64,000 nt of DNA from an uncultured Verrucomicrobiae bacterium (GTDB lineage: Bacteria > Verrucomicrobiota > Verrucomicrobiia > Chthoniobacterales > Terrimicrobiaceae), in the NCBI GenBank assembly GCA_963706955.1, contig CAVPOC010000006.1, forward strand, positions 192,001 through 256,000. Reading direction: 5' to 3'. Position 1 is the stretch's first letter, and each line of letters opens with the position of its first letter. The notes beneath the pieces were generated by a model, which searched no databases, was not told where the DNA came from, and saw only the letters and a program-made list of their open reading frames with translations. Positions 22,372 to 36,121 of the stretch are shown here, in pieces. Made by a program: the position numbers and the translations under genes.

Positions 22372-23499
22372 TCATCCGGAGGTAGTATTTCCGGCGACTT
22401 CAGGCTTCTGGGATTCCACGATCGTAATTTTGGAGCCAGGCGAAATACGGAGCTGACCGCTCGTGACGACGAGTTCGCCGGGCTTCAGGCCTTCCGTGAC
22501 GACGGTCAGATCGCCGACAGCGCGCCCGACTTTCACTTTCCTCATCTCGGCAGTGTTTCCGGAAATGACAAAGACCTGGGATCCTTGCTGGCCTTCCATG
22601 ATAGCGGTTGTGGGCACAGTCAGGGCGTCTGGTTGATCGGCGAGCTTGACGGTTACATCGACGAATTGGCCTGGCCAGAGAGTGTCATCCTCATTCGGAA
22701 AGGTGGCCTTGAAGGCGATCATGCCCGAGACCCGATCGACTTTGTTATCAATAACCGTCAATTCGCCAGTGCCGAGGAGCCGGCCACTGTCTGGATCGCG
22801 TGCGCTGACAATCGGTTTCCCAGTTGCCATCCATTTCCGCACTTCGTTGAGTGCACCTTCATGCAGGGAAAACGCGACATAAATCGGCTCCATCTGATTG
22901 ATGACGGTCAAGACATCGGTATTGGCATTGACGATATTGCCCGGTTTAAGAAGAGCCGACCCGGCGCGACCTGAGATTGGCGCACGCATTTGCGCCCAGC
23001 CGACTGAGAGTTGGGCTTCATCCACATCGGCCTGCCGCGCATCAAGGACTGACCTTTGAGATTCAGCCATTGATAAATATTGTGAAAACTGCTCCTTGGA
23101 TGCGACCCCACGATTGATCAAGGTGGTGTATCTCTCCGCCTGTTCGCTGGCGTTGTCGGCGGTGGATCTAGCCATCGCCAGATTCGCCTGAGCCCGCTTG
23201 AGAGCGACTTCGAAGGAACGGGCATCGATATCGAACAACGGGTCGCCTTGCTGCACCTCGGCGCCATCCGCGAAGTGCACACGCAAGATTTCTCCTTGCA
23301 CCTTCGACTTAAGCTGAACGCTGGCGATCGGCTCAACCGCGCCAATCGCACGCATCTCGATCGGCATATTTCGCACCTCTGCAGTGGCCGCCTCCACGGG
23401 AATAGGAGGTGCTTCCGCGGCATCTTGGGAGCCAACTCTCTGGCACGCAGAGGTGGCGAGAACTGCAGCCATTAATGTGGGAGCGAGGAAACGTTTCAT
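22372..23499 (-). CDS. RND periplasmic adaptor (MFP) lipoprotein
   Basis: Lipobox TSAC, V.G.I..V.F.DG..V..GD.L, RAPISGR, LWPGQFV. Confidence 0.93.
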   Translation of the reverse strand: MKRFLAPTLMAAVLATSACQRVGSQDAAEAPPIPVEAATAEVRNMPIEMRAIGAVEPIASVQLKSKVQGEILRVHFADGAEVQQGDPLFDIDARSFEVALKRAQANLAMARSTADNASEQAERYTTLINRGVASKEQFSQYLSMAESQRSVLDARQADVDEAQLSVGWAQMRAPISGRAGSALLKPGNIVNANTDVLTVINQMEPIYVAFSLHEGALNEVRKWMATGKPIVSARDPDSGRLLGTGELTVIDNKVDRVSGMIAFKATFPNEDDTLWPGQFVDVTVKLADQPDALTVPTTAIMEGQQGSQVFVISGNTAEMRKVKVGRAVGDLTVVTEGLKPGELVVTSGQLRISPGSKITIVESQKPEVAGNTTSG

Positions 23500-24170
23500 G
23501 CACCGAAATTGCCCTTCATCAAGATCGAAGGCGTAGCGGCGCCATTCAAGAAACAATCGGCGGCAAAGTCTGCCGAGGCACTCAAGTGCCCGTTGCCACG
23601 TTCCCGAATCCACTGGCGAATCATTTGCAGGGTGATGCCAAGAAATGCGACCGCATACAGTCGAGGGTCACCGGACTTCAGTTCCCCGCTCTGCTGTCCA
23701 CGAACAATACAACCCTCGATCGAAGTCAGGTTTCTCCGCTTAAGTTCTTCCATCTGCTTCCAATGTTCCTCGTTCAAGGGTGAGCGCGCCATTTGTTGCT
23801 GATGTAGAAATAACTCAAAGAACTGGCGATTAGTTTCGTGATAAGCAAAAAGAGCTTGCGCCGCGGCGCGGAGGCAGGCCTTCGCAGATGCCTCTGCATT
23901 CAATGCTCCCTCCAGTCGGGTGACAACTTCATTCATCTTCTCAACGATCACGCTCCCATAGAGATCCGCCTTGTCCCGAAAGTATAAGTAGATCGTGCCG
24001 ACCGCTAGGTCCGCGCCAAGGGCAATCTCGGTAATCGAGGCCTCGTAATACCCACGCGCACTGAACACCTCCTCAGCCGCCGCCAGGATTCGCTTGCGCC
24101 TCCGCGCACCGCGCTCCACACGCCGGCGAGAAAGTCGTTGCGAGGTCGAGATTTCTGAACCATGGTTCAT
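23496..24170 (-). CDS. TetR/AcrR family transcriptional regulator
   Basis: RILAAA..VF...GY...SI.EIA..A....GTIYLYFRDK; overlaps the MFP start (ATGA). Confidence 0.93.
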   Translation of the reverse strand: MNHGSEISTSQRLSRRRVERGARRRKRILAAAEEVFSARGYYEASITEIALGADLAVGTIYLYFRDKADLYGSVIVEKMNEVVTRLEGALNAEASAKACLRAAAQALFAYHETNRQFFELFLHQQQMARSPLNEEHWKQMEELKRRNLTSIEGCIVRGQQSGELKSGDPRLYAVAFLGITLQMIRQWIRERGNGHLSASADFAADCFLNGAATPSILMKGNFGA

Positions 24171-24190
24171 ACAATGAATGTATATTCATT
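24156..24190. promoter_or_regulatory. Two tandem TGAA-N6-TTCA palindromes, probable TetR operator
   Basis: TGAACCATGGTTCA (24156-24169) and aaTGAATGTATATTCAtt (24173-24190), overlapping the tetR start and a TTGACC-N17-TATACA promoter on the minus strand. Confidence 0.75.
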
Positions 24191-24297
24191 TTTGAGGGTC
24201 AGGTCAAGCCGCGCTGTTAGATGAACTATGGAAGGGAAGTATAGGGTCGGGCAAAGAAATCGGGGAACAAAAGCAATCCTCGGCGATTCAATCTGAT

Positions 24298-25548
24298 ATG
24301 AGTTCAGAAGATGAGTTTCGATCGGCCCTGGGTCGGTCAGTGGTGGCTCTTCCTCGGGAGGCCACCAAACCGTCCCGGATGAAGCTTTCCTGGCGACTGC
24401 TTCGGTGGCTAGTGCTTCTTGGTCTTGCGTTGGCTGGTTTAGCGATGTGGAGGTCCCGGCCTGCCAGCGGCTCGGCGGAAATGAGTCACGCCAATAACAG
24501 CAAACGGGCAGTGGTTCCTGTCCAGGCCGCTCAGGCAGAAGTCGGAAAGTTTCCGATGTATCTGAACGGTCTTGGGATCGTGCAGCCCTTCTATGGCATT
24601 ACCATGCGGGCGCGCGTCGACGGCGAGCTAGAGCAGGTCTACTTTCAGGAGGGACAAAGTGTAGAGAAGGGTGACCTAATTGCCCAGATTGATCCGCGGA
24701 CCTATCAAGCCCAGCTCGATCAGGCGAAGGCTAAAAAAGCCCAGGATGAAGCGCAGCTGGCCAGCTCGCAGCTCATGCTGCAGCGGGATACACAGTTGAT
24801 CAAGAACAGGGTGATTGATCAGCAAACCTACGATACGCAGAGGTATGCGACCGATCAGCTTCAAGCATTGGTGCAGGCCGATCAGGCCGCGATCGATAAT
24901 GCACAAACGCAACTCGACTATACCCATCTCGTGGCACCGATCTCCGGGCGCGTCGGCATCCGGCTAATCGATCCGGGAAACATCGTTCACAGCTCAGACA
25001 CTGGTGGGATTGCGACGATCAACCAAGTGCAGCCCATTTCAGTGCTCTTCACGCTTCCCCAACAGGAGTTGGGAAAGGTTCGTGAAGCCTTGCAGCAAAA
25101 CAAGGCGCTCCAGGTGGTCGCACTCGATCGTGACAATTCCTCTACCCTTAGTAACGGCACGTTGGCCGTGCTCGACAATCAGATCGATTCCGCTACCGCT
25201 ACCGTCAAGCTTAAGGCGACTTTCGACAATGCCGACTTGCGCCTCTGGCCTGGGCAATTCGTCAATGTTCGCTTGCTTTTGGGCACGAAATCCAACGCGG
25301 TGACGGTTCCTGCTCCAGCGGTGCAACGTGGGCCCCGCGGAATGTACGTCTACTTGTTAAGTCCAGACAACAAGGCTGAGATGCGCCCGGTGATCGTTGG
25401 ATCAACAGAGGACAATCGGACGCTTGTCGAGTCAGGCTTGCAAGGGGGAGACCGGATAGTTGTGGATGGGCAATACCGCCTTCAGCCTGGCGCGACCGTC
25501 GAGATGGCCAACAATTCCACGGGCGACGAGTCTCGCAAAAAGCAGTGA
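24298..25548 (+). CDS. mdtA: RND periplasmic adaptor, MdtA-like
   Basis: N-terminal TM, RARVDGEL..V.F.EGQ.V..GD, APISGRVG.R.ID.GN, LWPGQFVNVRL. Confidence 0.88.
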   Translation: MSSEDEFRSALGRSVVALPREATKPSRMKLSWRLLRWLVLLGLALAGLAMWRSRPASGSAEMSHANNSKRAVVPVQAAQAEVGKFPMYLNGLGIVQPFYGITMRARVDGELEQVYFQEGQSVEKGDLIAQIDPRTYQAQLDQAKAKKAQDEAQLASSQLMLQRDTQLIKNRVIDQQTYDTQRYATDQLQALVQADQAAIDNAQTQLDYTHLVAPISGRVGIRLIDPGNIVHSSDTGGIATINQVQPISVLFTLPQQELGKVREALQQNKALQVVALDRDNSSTLSNGTLAVLDNQIDSATATVKLKATFDNADLRLWPGQFVNVRLLLGTKSNAVTVPAPAVQRGPRGMYVYLLSPDNKAEMRPVIVGSTEDNRTLVESGLQGGDRIVVDGQYRLQPGATVEMANNSTGDESRKKQ

Positions 25549-28500
25549 ACGTTTCGGAGCCATTTATCCGACGCCCGATCGCGACGTCGCTTCTGATGTT
25601 TGGGATCGTCTTGATCGGCTCATTGGGATACAAGTTTCTCCCCGTTTCCGCGCTCCCGACCGTTGATTTTCCAACGATCCAAGTAGTTTCCCAATATCCC
25701 GGAGCTGATCCCCAAGTCATGGCCTCCCTGGTGACCGCTCCGCTAGAGAAGCAATTCGGTCAGATCAGCGGCCTCGCGAACATGAATTCGATCAGTTCGT
25801 TCGGCACCTCAGTGGTCACCTTGCAGTTCGTGCTGGGCCGCAAGATTGACGAAGCAGGCCAAGACGTTCAGGCGGCCATCAATGCGGCGGGCGGCTTGCT
25901 ACCTCAGGATATGCCAAATCCGCCGACATTTAACAAAGTTAACCCCGCGGATACACCGATCCTTACGCTTGCAATCACATCCGACAACCTGCCGCTCGAC
26001 AGGGTCAACGACTTCGCTGACTCGATCCTGGCCCAGAAGCTGAGTGAAGTCTCGGGAGTCGGCCTGGTTACAATTCAGGGCAACCAAAAGCCGGCGATTC
26101 GTGTGCAGGTCAACCCGGCGGCTGTTTCAGCGCAAGGTTTGAGCCTGGAGGACGTTCGAGCAGCGATCGCACAGGCCAATGTCAACGCGCCGAAGGGAAG
26201 CTTTGACGGCAAGCAGCAAGCCTTTACTTTGGGCTCCAACGATCAAATTCTTCAGGCAGAGGATTTCAAGCCCATCATCATTGCCTACCGCAACGGAGGA
26301 CCAGTGCGCCTGCAAGACGTTGCCGCCGTGTTTGATGGTGTCGAAAACGATCGTTTGGCGGCGTGGATCGCAACCCCTGGTCAAAGCTATCAGCCTGCCG
26401 TTCTCCTCGATATTCAGCGCCAGCCTGGCGCGAACATCATAGAAACCGTTGAACGCGTAAAAAATCTCCTGCCCCGCTTGACGGCTTCACTCCCTGCCGG
26501 CGTTCGTCTCTCCATCTTTTCCGACCGCACCGAGACGATTCGAGCTTCTGTGGCCGACGTGCAATTTACGCTGGTGTTGACAGTCGGATTGGTCGTCCTC
26601 GTCCTGCTCCTATTTTTGCGGCGTTTGCGCGCCACCGCCATCCCGAGCGTGGCTTTGCCACTTTCGCTCCTGGGCACTTTTGCGGTCATGTCGCTCGCAG
26701 GTTTTAGCCTCGACAACCTGTCGCTAATGGCGTTGACGATCTCGACCGGCTTCGTCGTCGACGATGCCATTGTGATGATCGAAAATATCTTTCGATATAT
26801 CGAGAACGGTGATCATCCCTTTGAGGCTGCTCTCAAGGGTTCGAAGCAAGTTGGCTTTACGGTCATTTCGCTAAGCATTTCTTTGATCGCGGTATTCATT
26901 CCTCTTCTCTTCATGTCCGGCATCGTCGGACGACTCTTTCGAGAGTTTGCCATTACCTTGAGCACGGCAGTTGCGGTTTCGGCATTTGTTTCGCTGACGC
27001 TAACTCCAATGATGTGTGCCAAGATGCTCCGCCGCGAGGATGAGCAGCACGAAAACGCCTTCCAGCGGGTGGTTGAGCGCGGCTTTAAGATGGTGCTGCG
27101 GCTCTATGATCGCTCACTGGGTTTTGTTTTGCGCCACCAAACCGCCGCTCTTATCGTCGCCGCGGCGACCCTTGTCGCGACGGGCGTCCTCTATGTGTTT
27201 GTGCCGAAAGGTTTGCTCCCTCAGCAAGACACCGGGCTTATCGTTGGCGTCACCGACGCCTCCGAGGATGTTTCCTTTCCGGCGATGCTTTCGCTTCAGC
27301 GAGCGGTTACGGATGCGGTTACAACCGACCCGGATGTCGAGCGGGTCGCGGGATTCGTCGGCGCAGGCATCGTAAATTCCACGCCAAATACCGGACGACT
27401 CTACGTAGTGCTTAAGCCGCGTAGGTCCCGTGCATCGGCAGAACAAATCATCGCCCGTTTGCGAGAAAAAGTCGGCCGCATCGAGGGGGTTGACGTCTTT
27501 TTTCAAGCTGCCCAAGACCTCCAGATTGATACGCACACCAGTCGTACCTGAGTATCAATATATCCTGGAAGGCCCCGACGCTGGGGATCTTGCGCAATGG
27601 GTTCCGAAGCTTGTTGATAGATTAAAAACCTTACCGCAGCTGGCGGATGTGGCCAGCGATCAGCAGGAAAGTGGTCTTCAACTCCAGGTGGAGATTGATC
27701 GCACGCAGGCCTCGCGTTTGAACGTCCCGATCCAGGCGATCGATGACACCCTTTACGACGCCTTCGGCCAAAGGCAAATCTCAGTCATCTTTACCCAGCT
27801 AAATCAATACCGGGTGGTCATGGAAGTTCCTCCGGAATTCCGTAGTTCGGTGAGCGACCTCGACAAGATTTACGTCAAATCCACTAGCGGTTCGCTCGTT
27901 CCGCTGAGTGCCTTCGCAACCGCCCGTATCCAAACGACACCGCTCGTGATAACACATCAGGGGCAGTTCCCTTCGGCAACGCTCTCCTTCAACCTCGGAC
28001 GAGGCCATTCGTTGGGAGAGGCGGTGCGGGCAATCGAGCAAGCTCGTCGGAACATTGGAATGCCGGACGCAATCGTCGCGGAATTTACGGGCAGTGTGGC
28101 GGAGTTTCGCGCTTCGCTCGCAAGCGAACCTTTCCTGATTCTTGCGGCAGTCGTGGTCATCTACATTGTGCTGGGAGTCCTCTATGAGAGCTATATCCAC
28201 CCGTTGACGATCCTATCCACTTTGCCCAGCGCCGGGGTAGGAGCGCTCTTGGCCCTTGATCTTTACCAGATGGATTTTTCTTTGGTTGCCTTGATCGGAG
28301 TCGTCCTGCTCATCGGCATCGTAAAAAAGAACGCGATCATGATGATCGACTTCGCGCTCGGCGCCCAACGCGAACGAGGCTTATCGGCCTATAGCGCAAT
28401 CTACGAAGCATGCTTGCTTCGCTTTCGCCCAATCATGATGACCACCGCCGCGGCTCTCTTGGGCGCGCTCCCCATGGCGCTGCAGACTGGGACCGGTTCA

Positions 28501-28674
28501 GAGCTTCGCAGACCTTTGGGAGTCGCCATCGTTGGCGGCTTGCTGCTCTCCCAATTTCTTACGCTGTACACTACGCCCGTCATCTATCTTGCTCTTGATC
28601 GAGTCGAGCGTTGGATTTCCCAACGCCGCGAGGCTCCGCGGCCGATCGGACCGCTTCAATCCGCTGCCCGATGA
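25545..28674 (+). CDS. mdtB: RND permease MdtB-like (frameshift near 27540)
   Basis: PFIRRPIATSLLM, LPVSALP.VDFPTIQV, GFVVDDAIVMIENI; continues in the 27430 frame to GIVKKNAIMMIDFA. Confidence 0.88.
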
Positions 28675-31600
28675 ACGTTTCCGGTCCATTTATCCGGCGC
28701 CCGATTGGCACGTCGCTACTCGCCGTCGGATTGTTACTGCTCGGCGGGACGGCGTATTTCTTTCTGCCAGTTGCGCCGTTGCCGCAGGTGGACTTTCCGA
28801 CAATCGGTGTGAACGCGTCACTTCCTGGCGTCGACCCGGCGACCGCGGCTAGTTCTTTGGCCGCCCCGTTGGAACGACGTCTCGGGCAAATCGCTGGCCT
28901 AACGGAAATGACCTCTGTTAGCTCGCTGGGAGGAGCCAATGTTACGACTCAATTCGACTTGAGCCGAAACGTGAATGACGCTGCGCGCGATGTGCAAGCG
29001 GCAATCAATGCCGCCGAGCGAGACCTCCCCGCCAACCTGCCGAGCCCGCCGACCTACCGAAAGTACAATCCGGCCGACGCCCCCGTGATGGTTCTAGCGA
29101 TGACTTCGCCGACCATGCGGTTGTCGGAAGTCTACAACTTGGCCGACCAGATCGTGGCTCAGCGCCTCTGCCAGCTCTCAGGTATTAGCCAAGTCGGAAT
29201 CTACGGCGGCGCTAAGACCGCGGTGCGCGTGCAAGTCAACCCGGCTGCCCTCGCCTCGATGGGAATGAGCTTGGAAGACGTCCGAAGTTTTCTGCAAAAC
29301 ACTAACAGGCTTATGGCCAAGGGGTCAGTGGACAACGCCGGGAAAAGCCTGATGGTTTCCGCAAACGACCAAATCTTGGGAGCCGACAGTTATAGATCCC
29401 TCGTGCTCGCTGAACGAAACGGTCTTCCCGTGAGGTTGGGCGCCATCGCTAACGTGATCGACAGTACCTGAAAATACCTTTCAGGCCGGCTGGTTTAACA
29501 GGGAAAGGGCCGTGTTAATGCCCGTGTTCAAGCAATCCGACGCGAACGTCATAGCCGTAGTCGATGAAATTCGCGAGCTCTTGCCACAGATTCAACAATG
29601 GCTTCCGCCAGGCGTAAACCTAAGCATTCTTAGCGATCGCACCGAGACCATTCGAGCATCAGTCCACGATGTCCAATTCACGCTCGTCCTGACCATCACC
29701 TTGGTGGTCGTCGTGATGGCTATCTTCCTTCGGCGATTCTGGCCGACATTTATCGCCGGGGTGACCGTGCCGCTGTCGTTGGCGGGGACCTTCGTCGTCA
29801 TGTGGCTGTGTAAATTCAGCCTTGATAATATCTCCTTGATGGCGCTCACCGTCGCCGTGGGCTTTCTCGTGGACGACGCCGTCGTCGTGATTGAAAACAT
29901 CGTGCGACATATCGAAGGAGGAGAGTCACCATTCGCGGCAACGTTGAAGGGTGCGGAGCAGATCGGATTTACCGTCATTTCGATAAGCCTCTCCCTCGTC
30001 GCGGTCTTTATTCCAGTTCTTCTGATGGGAGGATTGATCGGACGCCTTTTCCGCGAATTTGCAGTAACCCTGTGCGTCGCGATTCTTGTTTCAGCGATCA
30101 TTTCTCTCACACTCACCCCCACGCTTTGCGGGCAATTTCTGCGCGCGACTCCGAAGCAGCGAGGGCAAAGTTCGCGCTTTGCAGAGTGGCTGCAGGAGGG
30201 CTACGCCCGCGCGTTGCGCTGGGTTTTCAAACACCGTTTCTTAACTCAGATCCTCACCGTGGCAACCTTGGCCCTTTCCGTTTGGCTCTACGCTGTCACC
30301 CCCAAAGGCTTCTTTCCCCAACAGGATACCGGTATGATCTTTGGAACGACCGAGGCCGCGCAGGATATTTCCTTTGCCGACATGGCAAAAAAGCAGCAGC
30401 AAATGGTGGAGATATTGTTGGCCGATCCGGCGATTGCCACAGTTGGCTCCTTTGTGGGATCTGGCGGCGGAGGCAACGCACAAAACAACGGGCGAATGTT
30501 TATCGCCTTGAAAGCACCAGATCAGCGCGCTCCTATTGATGAGGTGATTGCGCGAATTCGCGCGAAAACTGCCAAGGTGCCGGGAATAGCACTCTTTCTT
30601 CAGCCCGTGCAAGACATTCGGGTCGGCGGCCGGCTGACCAAGTCACTCTACCAGTATACGCTGCGCAGTGTTGACTTGGATGAACTCACCACCTGGGCGC
30701 CGCTTCTGGTCGCAGAGTTGAAGAAATCTCCCGAGCTTGCCGACGTGAATAGCGACCAGCAGTTCCAAGGTCTTCAGACGACCATTATCGTTGACCGCGA
30801 CGCAGCGGGGCGGCTGGGAATTCAGCCCGAAGCAATTGACTCGACCTTGTACAGTGGCTTCGGACAGCGCCAAGTCTCCATCATCTATGGACCGCAAAAT
30901 CAGTATCGTGTGGTGCTGGAAGCGGACCCGCAATATCAGGGAGATCCGAAGGCGCTTGAGAAAGTCTTCGTTCGTGCGGCGAGCGGCCAAATGGTTCCGT
31001 TGAGCAGCATCGCGCACTATCAGATCGCCAATGTTCCGTTGGCAGTGAACCACCAGGGCCAGTTCGCAGCCGTGACAATTTCTTTTAACCTCGCGCCGGG
31101 TGTATCTCTAGAACGAGCCACTCAAGCAATTGATCACGCGGTGAGAGAGTTGAAGATGCCCGCAACCGTAACCGGGGCTTTTGCAGGTAACGCTCAGGTC
31201 TTCCAGCAGTCTGTGGCCAATCAACCTATCCTCATCCTGGCCGCTTTGCTCGCGGTCTATATTGTCCTCGGCATGCTCTACGAGAGCCTGGTCCACCCGA
31301 TTACCATTCTCTCCACACTACCCAGCGCGGGTCTGGGCGCGCTCTTGGCTCTGGAGCTTACACGGTTCGAGCTTTCGATCGTTGCAATGATTGGAATCAT
31401 CCTGCTCATCGGGATTGTGAAAAAGAACGCCATCATGATGGTGGACTTTGCCCTTGAAATGCAACGAAAGGGTCACTTGAAGCCGGAGGAAGCCATTTTC
31501 CAGGCATGCCTCGTGCGATTTCGCCCGATTACGATGACCACTCTCGCAGCGCTATTCGGAGCACTCCCCTTGGCGATCGGTCTCGGCGTCGGATCCGAAC

Positions 31601-31767
31601 TTCGCCGCCCGCTGGGAATCGCAATCGTTGGCGGCCTGATCGTCTCCCAAGTTCTTACTCTCTTTACCACACCCATAGTCTATCTCGCCTTGGAACGGGT
31701 TCGTAGCTGGTTCCTAAAACGACGCCGCGAAAGTCAGATACCCCATCTGCTAACTGAGCCAGCTTAA
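28671..31767 (+). CDS. mdtC: RND permease MdtC-like (frameshift near 29468)
   Basis: LPVAPLPQVDFPTI, APLERRLGQIAG, GIVKKNAIMMVDFA; overlaps the mdtB stop (ATGA). Confidence 0.88.
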
Positions 31768-31893
31768 GAGTCATTTTGTCTGCTCAACACCGCCGGATTG
31801 AGACAGAGTGACTCATATTGTCGCTACACTGAGAGTCGGATCCCGAGCTTATTCCCCTAGTATCAAACACGTTGGGAGATTCTCATTGGTTCA

Positions 31894-31909
31894 TGGAACG
31901 CTCATTGCT
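31894..31909 (+). promoter_or_regulatory. Sigma54 (-24/-12)-type promoter upstream of dnaK
   Basis: TGGAACGCTCATTGCT = GG-N10-GC, close to the TGGCACG-N4-TTGC consensus, ending 27 bp before the ATG. Confidence 0.65.
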
Positions 31910-31935
31910 GACTGATCAGCAGATATCGCGATATT

Positions 31936-33874
31936 ATGGCAAAGATTTTAGGAATTGATTTGGGCACGACCAACTCCTGTATGGCGGTAATGGAGGGAGG
32001 CGAGCCCGTAGTTTTGGAGAATTCGGAAGGCGCTCGGACAACGCCTTCTGTGGTGGCTTTTTCGAAGACGGGCGAGAGGCTCGTCGGTCAAGCGGCCAAG
32101 CGCCAGGCGGTAACCAATCCGCAGAACACTGTCTTTTCCGTGAAGCGTTTTATGGGTCGCAAGTACTCGGAAGTTCAGGATGAGTTTAAGCGTGTTCCTT
32201 ACAAAGTTGTCGAGGCTTCCAACGGCGATGTGCACATCGAGGTTGAGGTGGGCGGTGAGAGGAAGCGCTTCAGCCCGCCGGAGATTTCCGCGATGATTCT
32301 GGGCAAGCTTAAGGCGGATGCCGAAGCCAAGCTCGGAGAGAAGATCACCCAGGCAGTGATCACGGTTCCGGCTTACTTTAATGATTCCCAGCGCAACGCT
32401 ACCAAGGATGCCGGCAAAATCGCCGGACTTGAAGTTCTGCGAATCATCAATGAACCGACCGCTGCGTCGCTGGCTTATGGGTTGGACAAGAAGAAGGATG
32501 AAAAGATAGCGGTGTATGACCTCGGCGGCGGCACGTTCGACATTTCCGCCTTGGAGATTGGTGACGGAGTATTCCAAGTGGCCGCCACCAACGGTGACAC
32601 CCATCTTGGCGGTGACGATTGGGACAATCGGCTGATGGACTGGATTATCGACGAATTCAAGAAGGATACTGGGATAGATCTTTCGAAGCAGCCCGATGCC
32701 GTTCAGCGGATCAAGGAAGAGTCCGAGAAAGCCAAGATCGCGCTCTCTTCGACTCAGGAATACGAGATCAATTTGCCGTTTGTGACCGCGGATCAGACAG
32801 GTCCCAAGCATATCCAGAAAAAGTTGACTCGTTCAAAACTTGAGCAACTCACCGACGACCTCTTCGAGCGCACTGTTAAGCCGGTCAAGGATTGCTTGAA
32901 CGACGCAAAATGGAGCGCGAATACCGTCGATGAGCTGGTGCTTGTCGGAGGTATGACGCGGATGCCAAAAGTCATCGAGACGGCCCGCTCGCTCATCGGC
33001 AAGGAGCCTCACAAGGGAGTTAATCCCGATGAAGTCGTGGCCGTAGGCGCATGCATTCAGGGAGGTGTTCTCAAGGGCGACGTCAAGGATGTGCTCTTGC
33101 TCGACGTGACTCCGCTGACTCTGGCGATCGAAACCGCCGGTGGGATCGCCACGGCGATGATCCCGCGCAATACGACCATCCCGACACGGAAGTCGCAGAT
33201 TTTCTCGACTTACAGTGACAGCCAACCAGGCGTGGAGATCAAGGTGCTCCAAGGCGAGCGTCCCTTGAGCCGTGACAACAAGCAACTCGGCACCTTTCAC
33301 CTGGACGGAATCCCTCCGGCTCCGCGAGGTGTTCCTCAGATCGAGGTCACTTTCGACATCGATGCCAATGGCATTCTCAACGTCAGCGCCAAGGATCTCG
33401 GCACAAGTAAGGAGCAGAAGATCTCCATCACCGGGTCCAGCGGCTTGACCAAGGATGAAGTCGAAAGGATGCAGCGCGAGGCGGAAAGCCACGCCGAGGA
33501 GGATCGCAAGGCGAAAGAGGCGATCGAACTGCGGAACAACGCCGACAACCTCGCTTATCAAGTCGAGAAACAACTCAAGGAACTCGGCGACAAGCTCGAC
33601 GGCGCGACGAAACAGTCGGTCGAGGAGGCGGTCACCAAGGTTCGCGAGAGCTCTCAAGGGCAACGACAACGACGAAGTCAAGAGGACGTTTGATGCCTTG
33701 CAGGCCAAATTCCAAGAGGTAAGCTCCGAGCTCTACAAAAAGGCGTCTGCCCAGACTGAACCCCAGCCCGGCCCCTCAGAGGGAGAGGTCCATCCGCCAG
33801 GAGCTGAGAAGAAGGATTCCGACGTCGTCGACGCCGAGTTTGAGATGGTCGACGAAGACAAGAAGAAGAGTTGA
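31936..33874 (+). CDS. dnaK: Molecular chaperone DnaK (frameshift near 33650)
   Basis: [44 protein letters not shown]-terminal VVDAEFE in the adjacent frame. Confidence 0.98.
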
Positions 33875-33969
33875 TCGACAAGCTTTAACAATCGTCTCCC
33901 GCGCCGCCTATGCGGCAGTCGGGGATCAACGTTAAAAACCAACCAACAAGAAGAAAAATCGACAGCCCT

Positions 33970-34267
33970 ATGGCCAATGTGAACATCAAGCCTCTCGGCG
34001 ATCGCGTGCTCGTGCACCCGCTCGAAGAGAAGGAAGTCAAGAAGGGCGGTATCATTATTCCCGATACCGCCAAAGAAAAGCCCCAGGAAGGGAGAGGTAG
34101 TCGCCCTCGGAACGGGAAAACGCGATGACGATGGAAAGCTCATCGAGTTTACCGTCAAGAAGGGAGACAGAGTCCTGATCTCCAAATACGGCGGCACAGA
34201 AGTTAAAATTGAAGGCGAGAGCTACCTGATTATGCGTGAGGACGATATCCTCGGCATTATCGGCTGA
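33970..34267 (+). CDS. groES: Co-chaperonin GroES (frameshift near 34090)
   Basis: [26 protein letters not shown], then [33 protein letters not shown]. Confidence 0.96.
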
Positions 34268-34301
34268 TGCTTCGCAAACGATTAACAGATCAAAATAGTA
34301 A

Positions 34302-35948
<1,647 letters not shown>

Positions 35949-35995
35949 GTCGGACATCGCCTTGTGGCGCGTGAAAGACGCGTCGTCAAAGAATC

Positions 35996-36032
35996 AAAGC
36001 CGCCTCGGGGAGACTCGAGGCGGCTTTCTTTT
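35996..36032 (+). terminator. Rho-independent terminator after groEL
   Basis: AAAGCCGCCTCG-loop-CGAGGCGGCTTT followed by CTTTT. Confidence 0.88.
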
Positions 36033-36121
36033 GGTTCCGAACCGAACGAAGATATTCCATTTCCCAGGCTTGCACTATTGAGTAGGAAGCATGCTCGACA
36101 TCCCCAATCTGTCGTGCGCCC

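Noticed and set aside
31861..31874. IHF site between the enhancer-like repeats and the sigma54 promoter
   Set aside because: TATCAA-N5-TTG is one base off the WATCAA-N4-TTR consensus; suggestive only.
33640..34100. Frameshifts in dnaK, groES and many other genes as pseudogenes or programmed frameshifts
   Set aside because: They hit essential genes, show no shared slippery motif and leave both parts conserved; sequencing indels are the simplest explanation.
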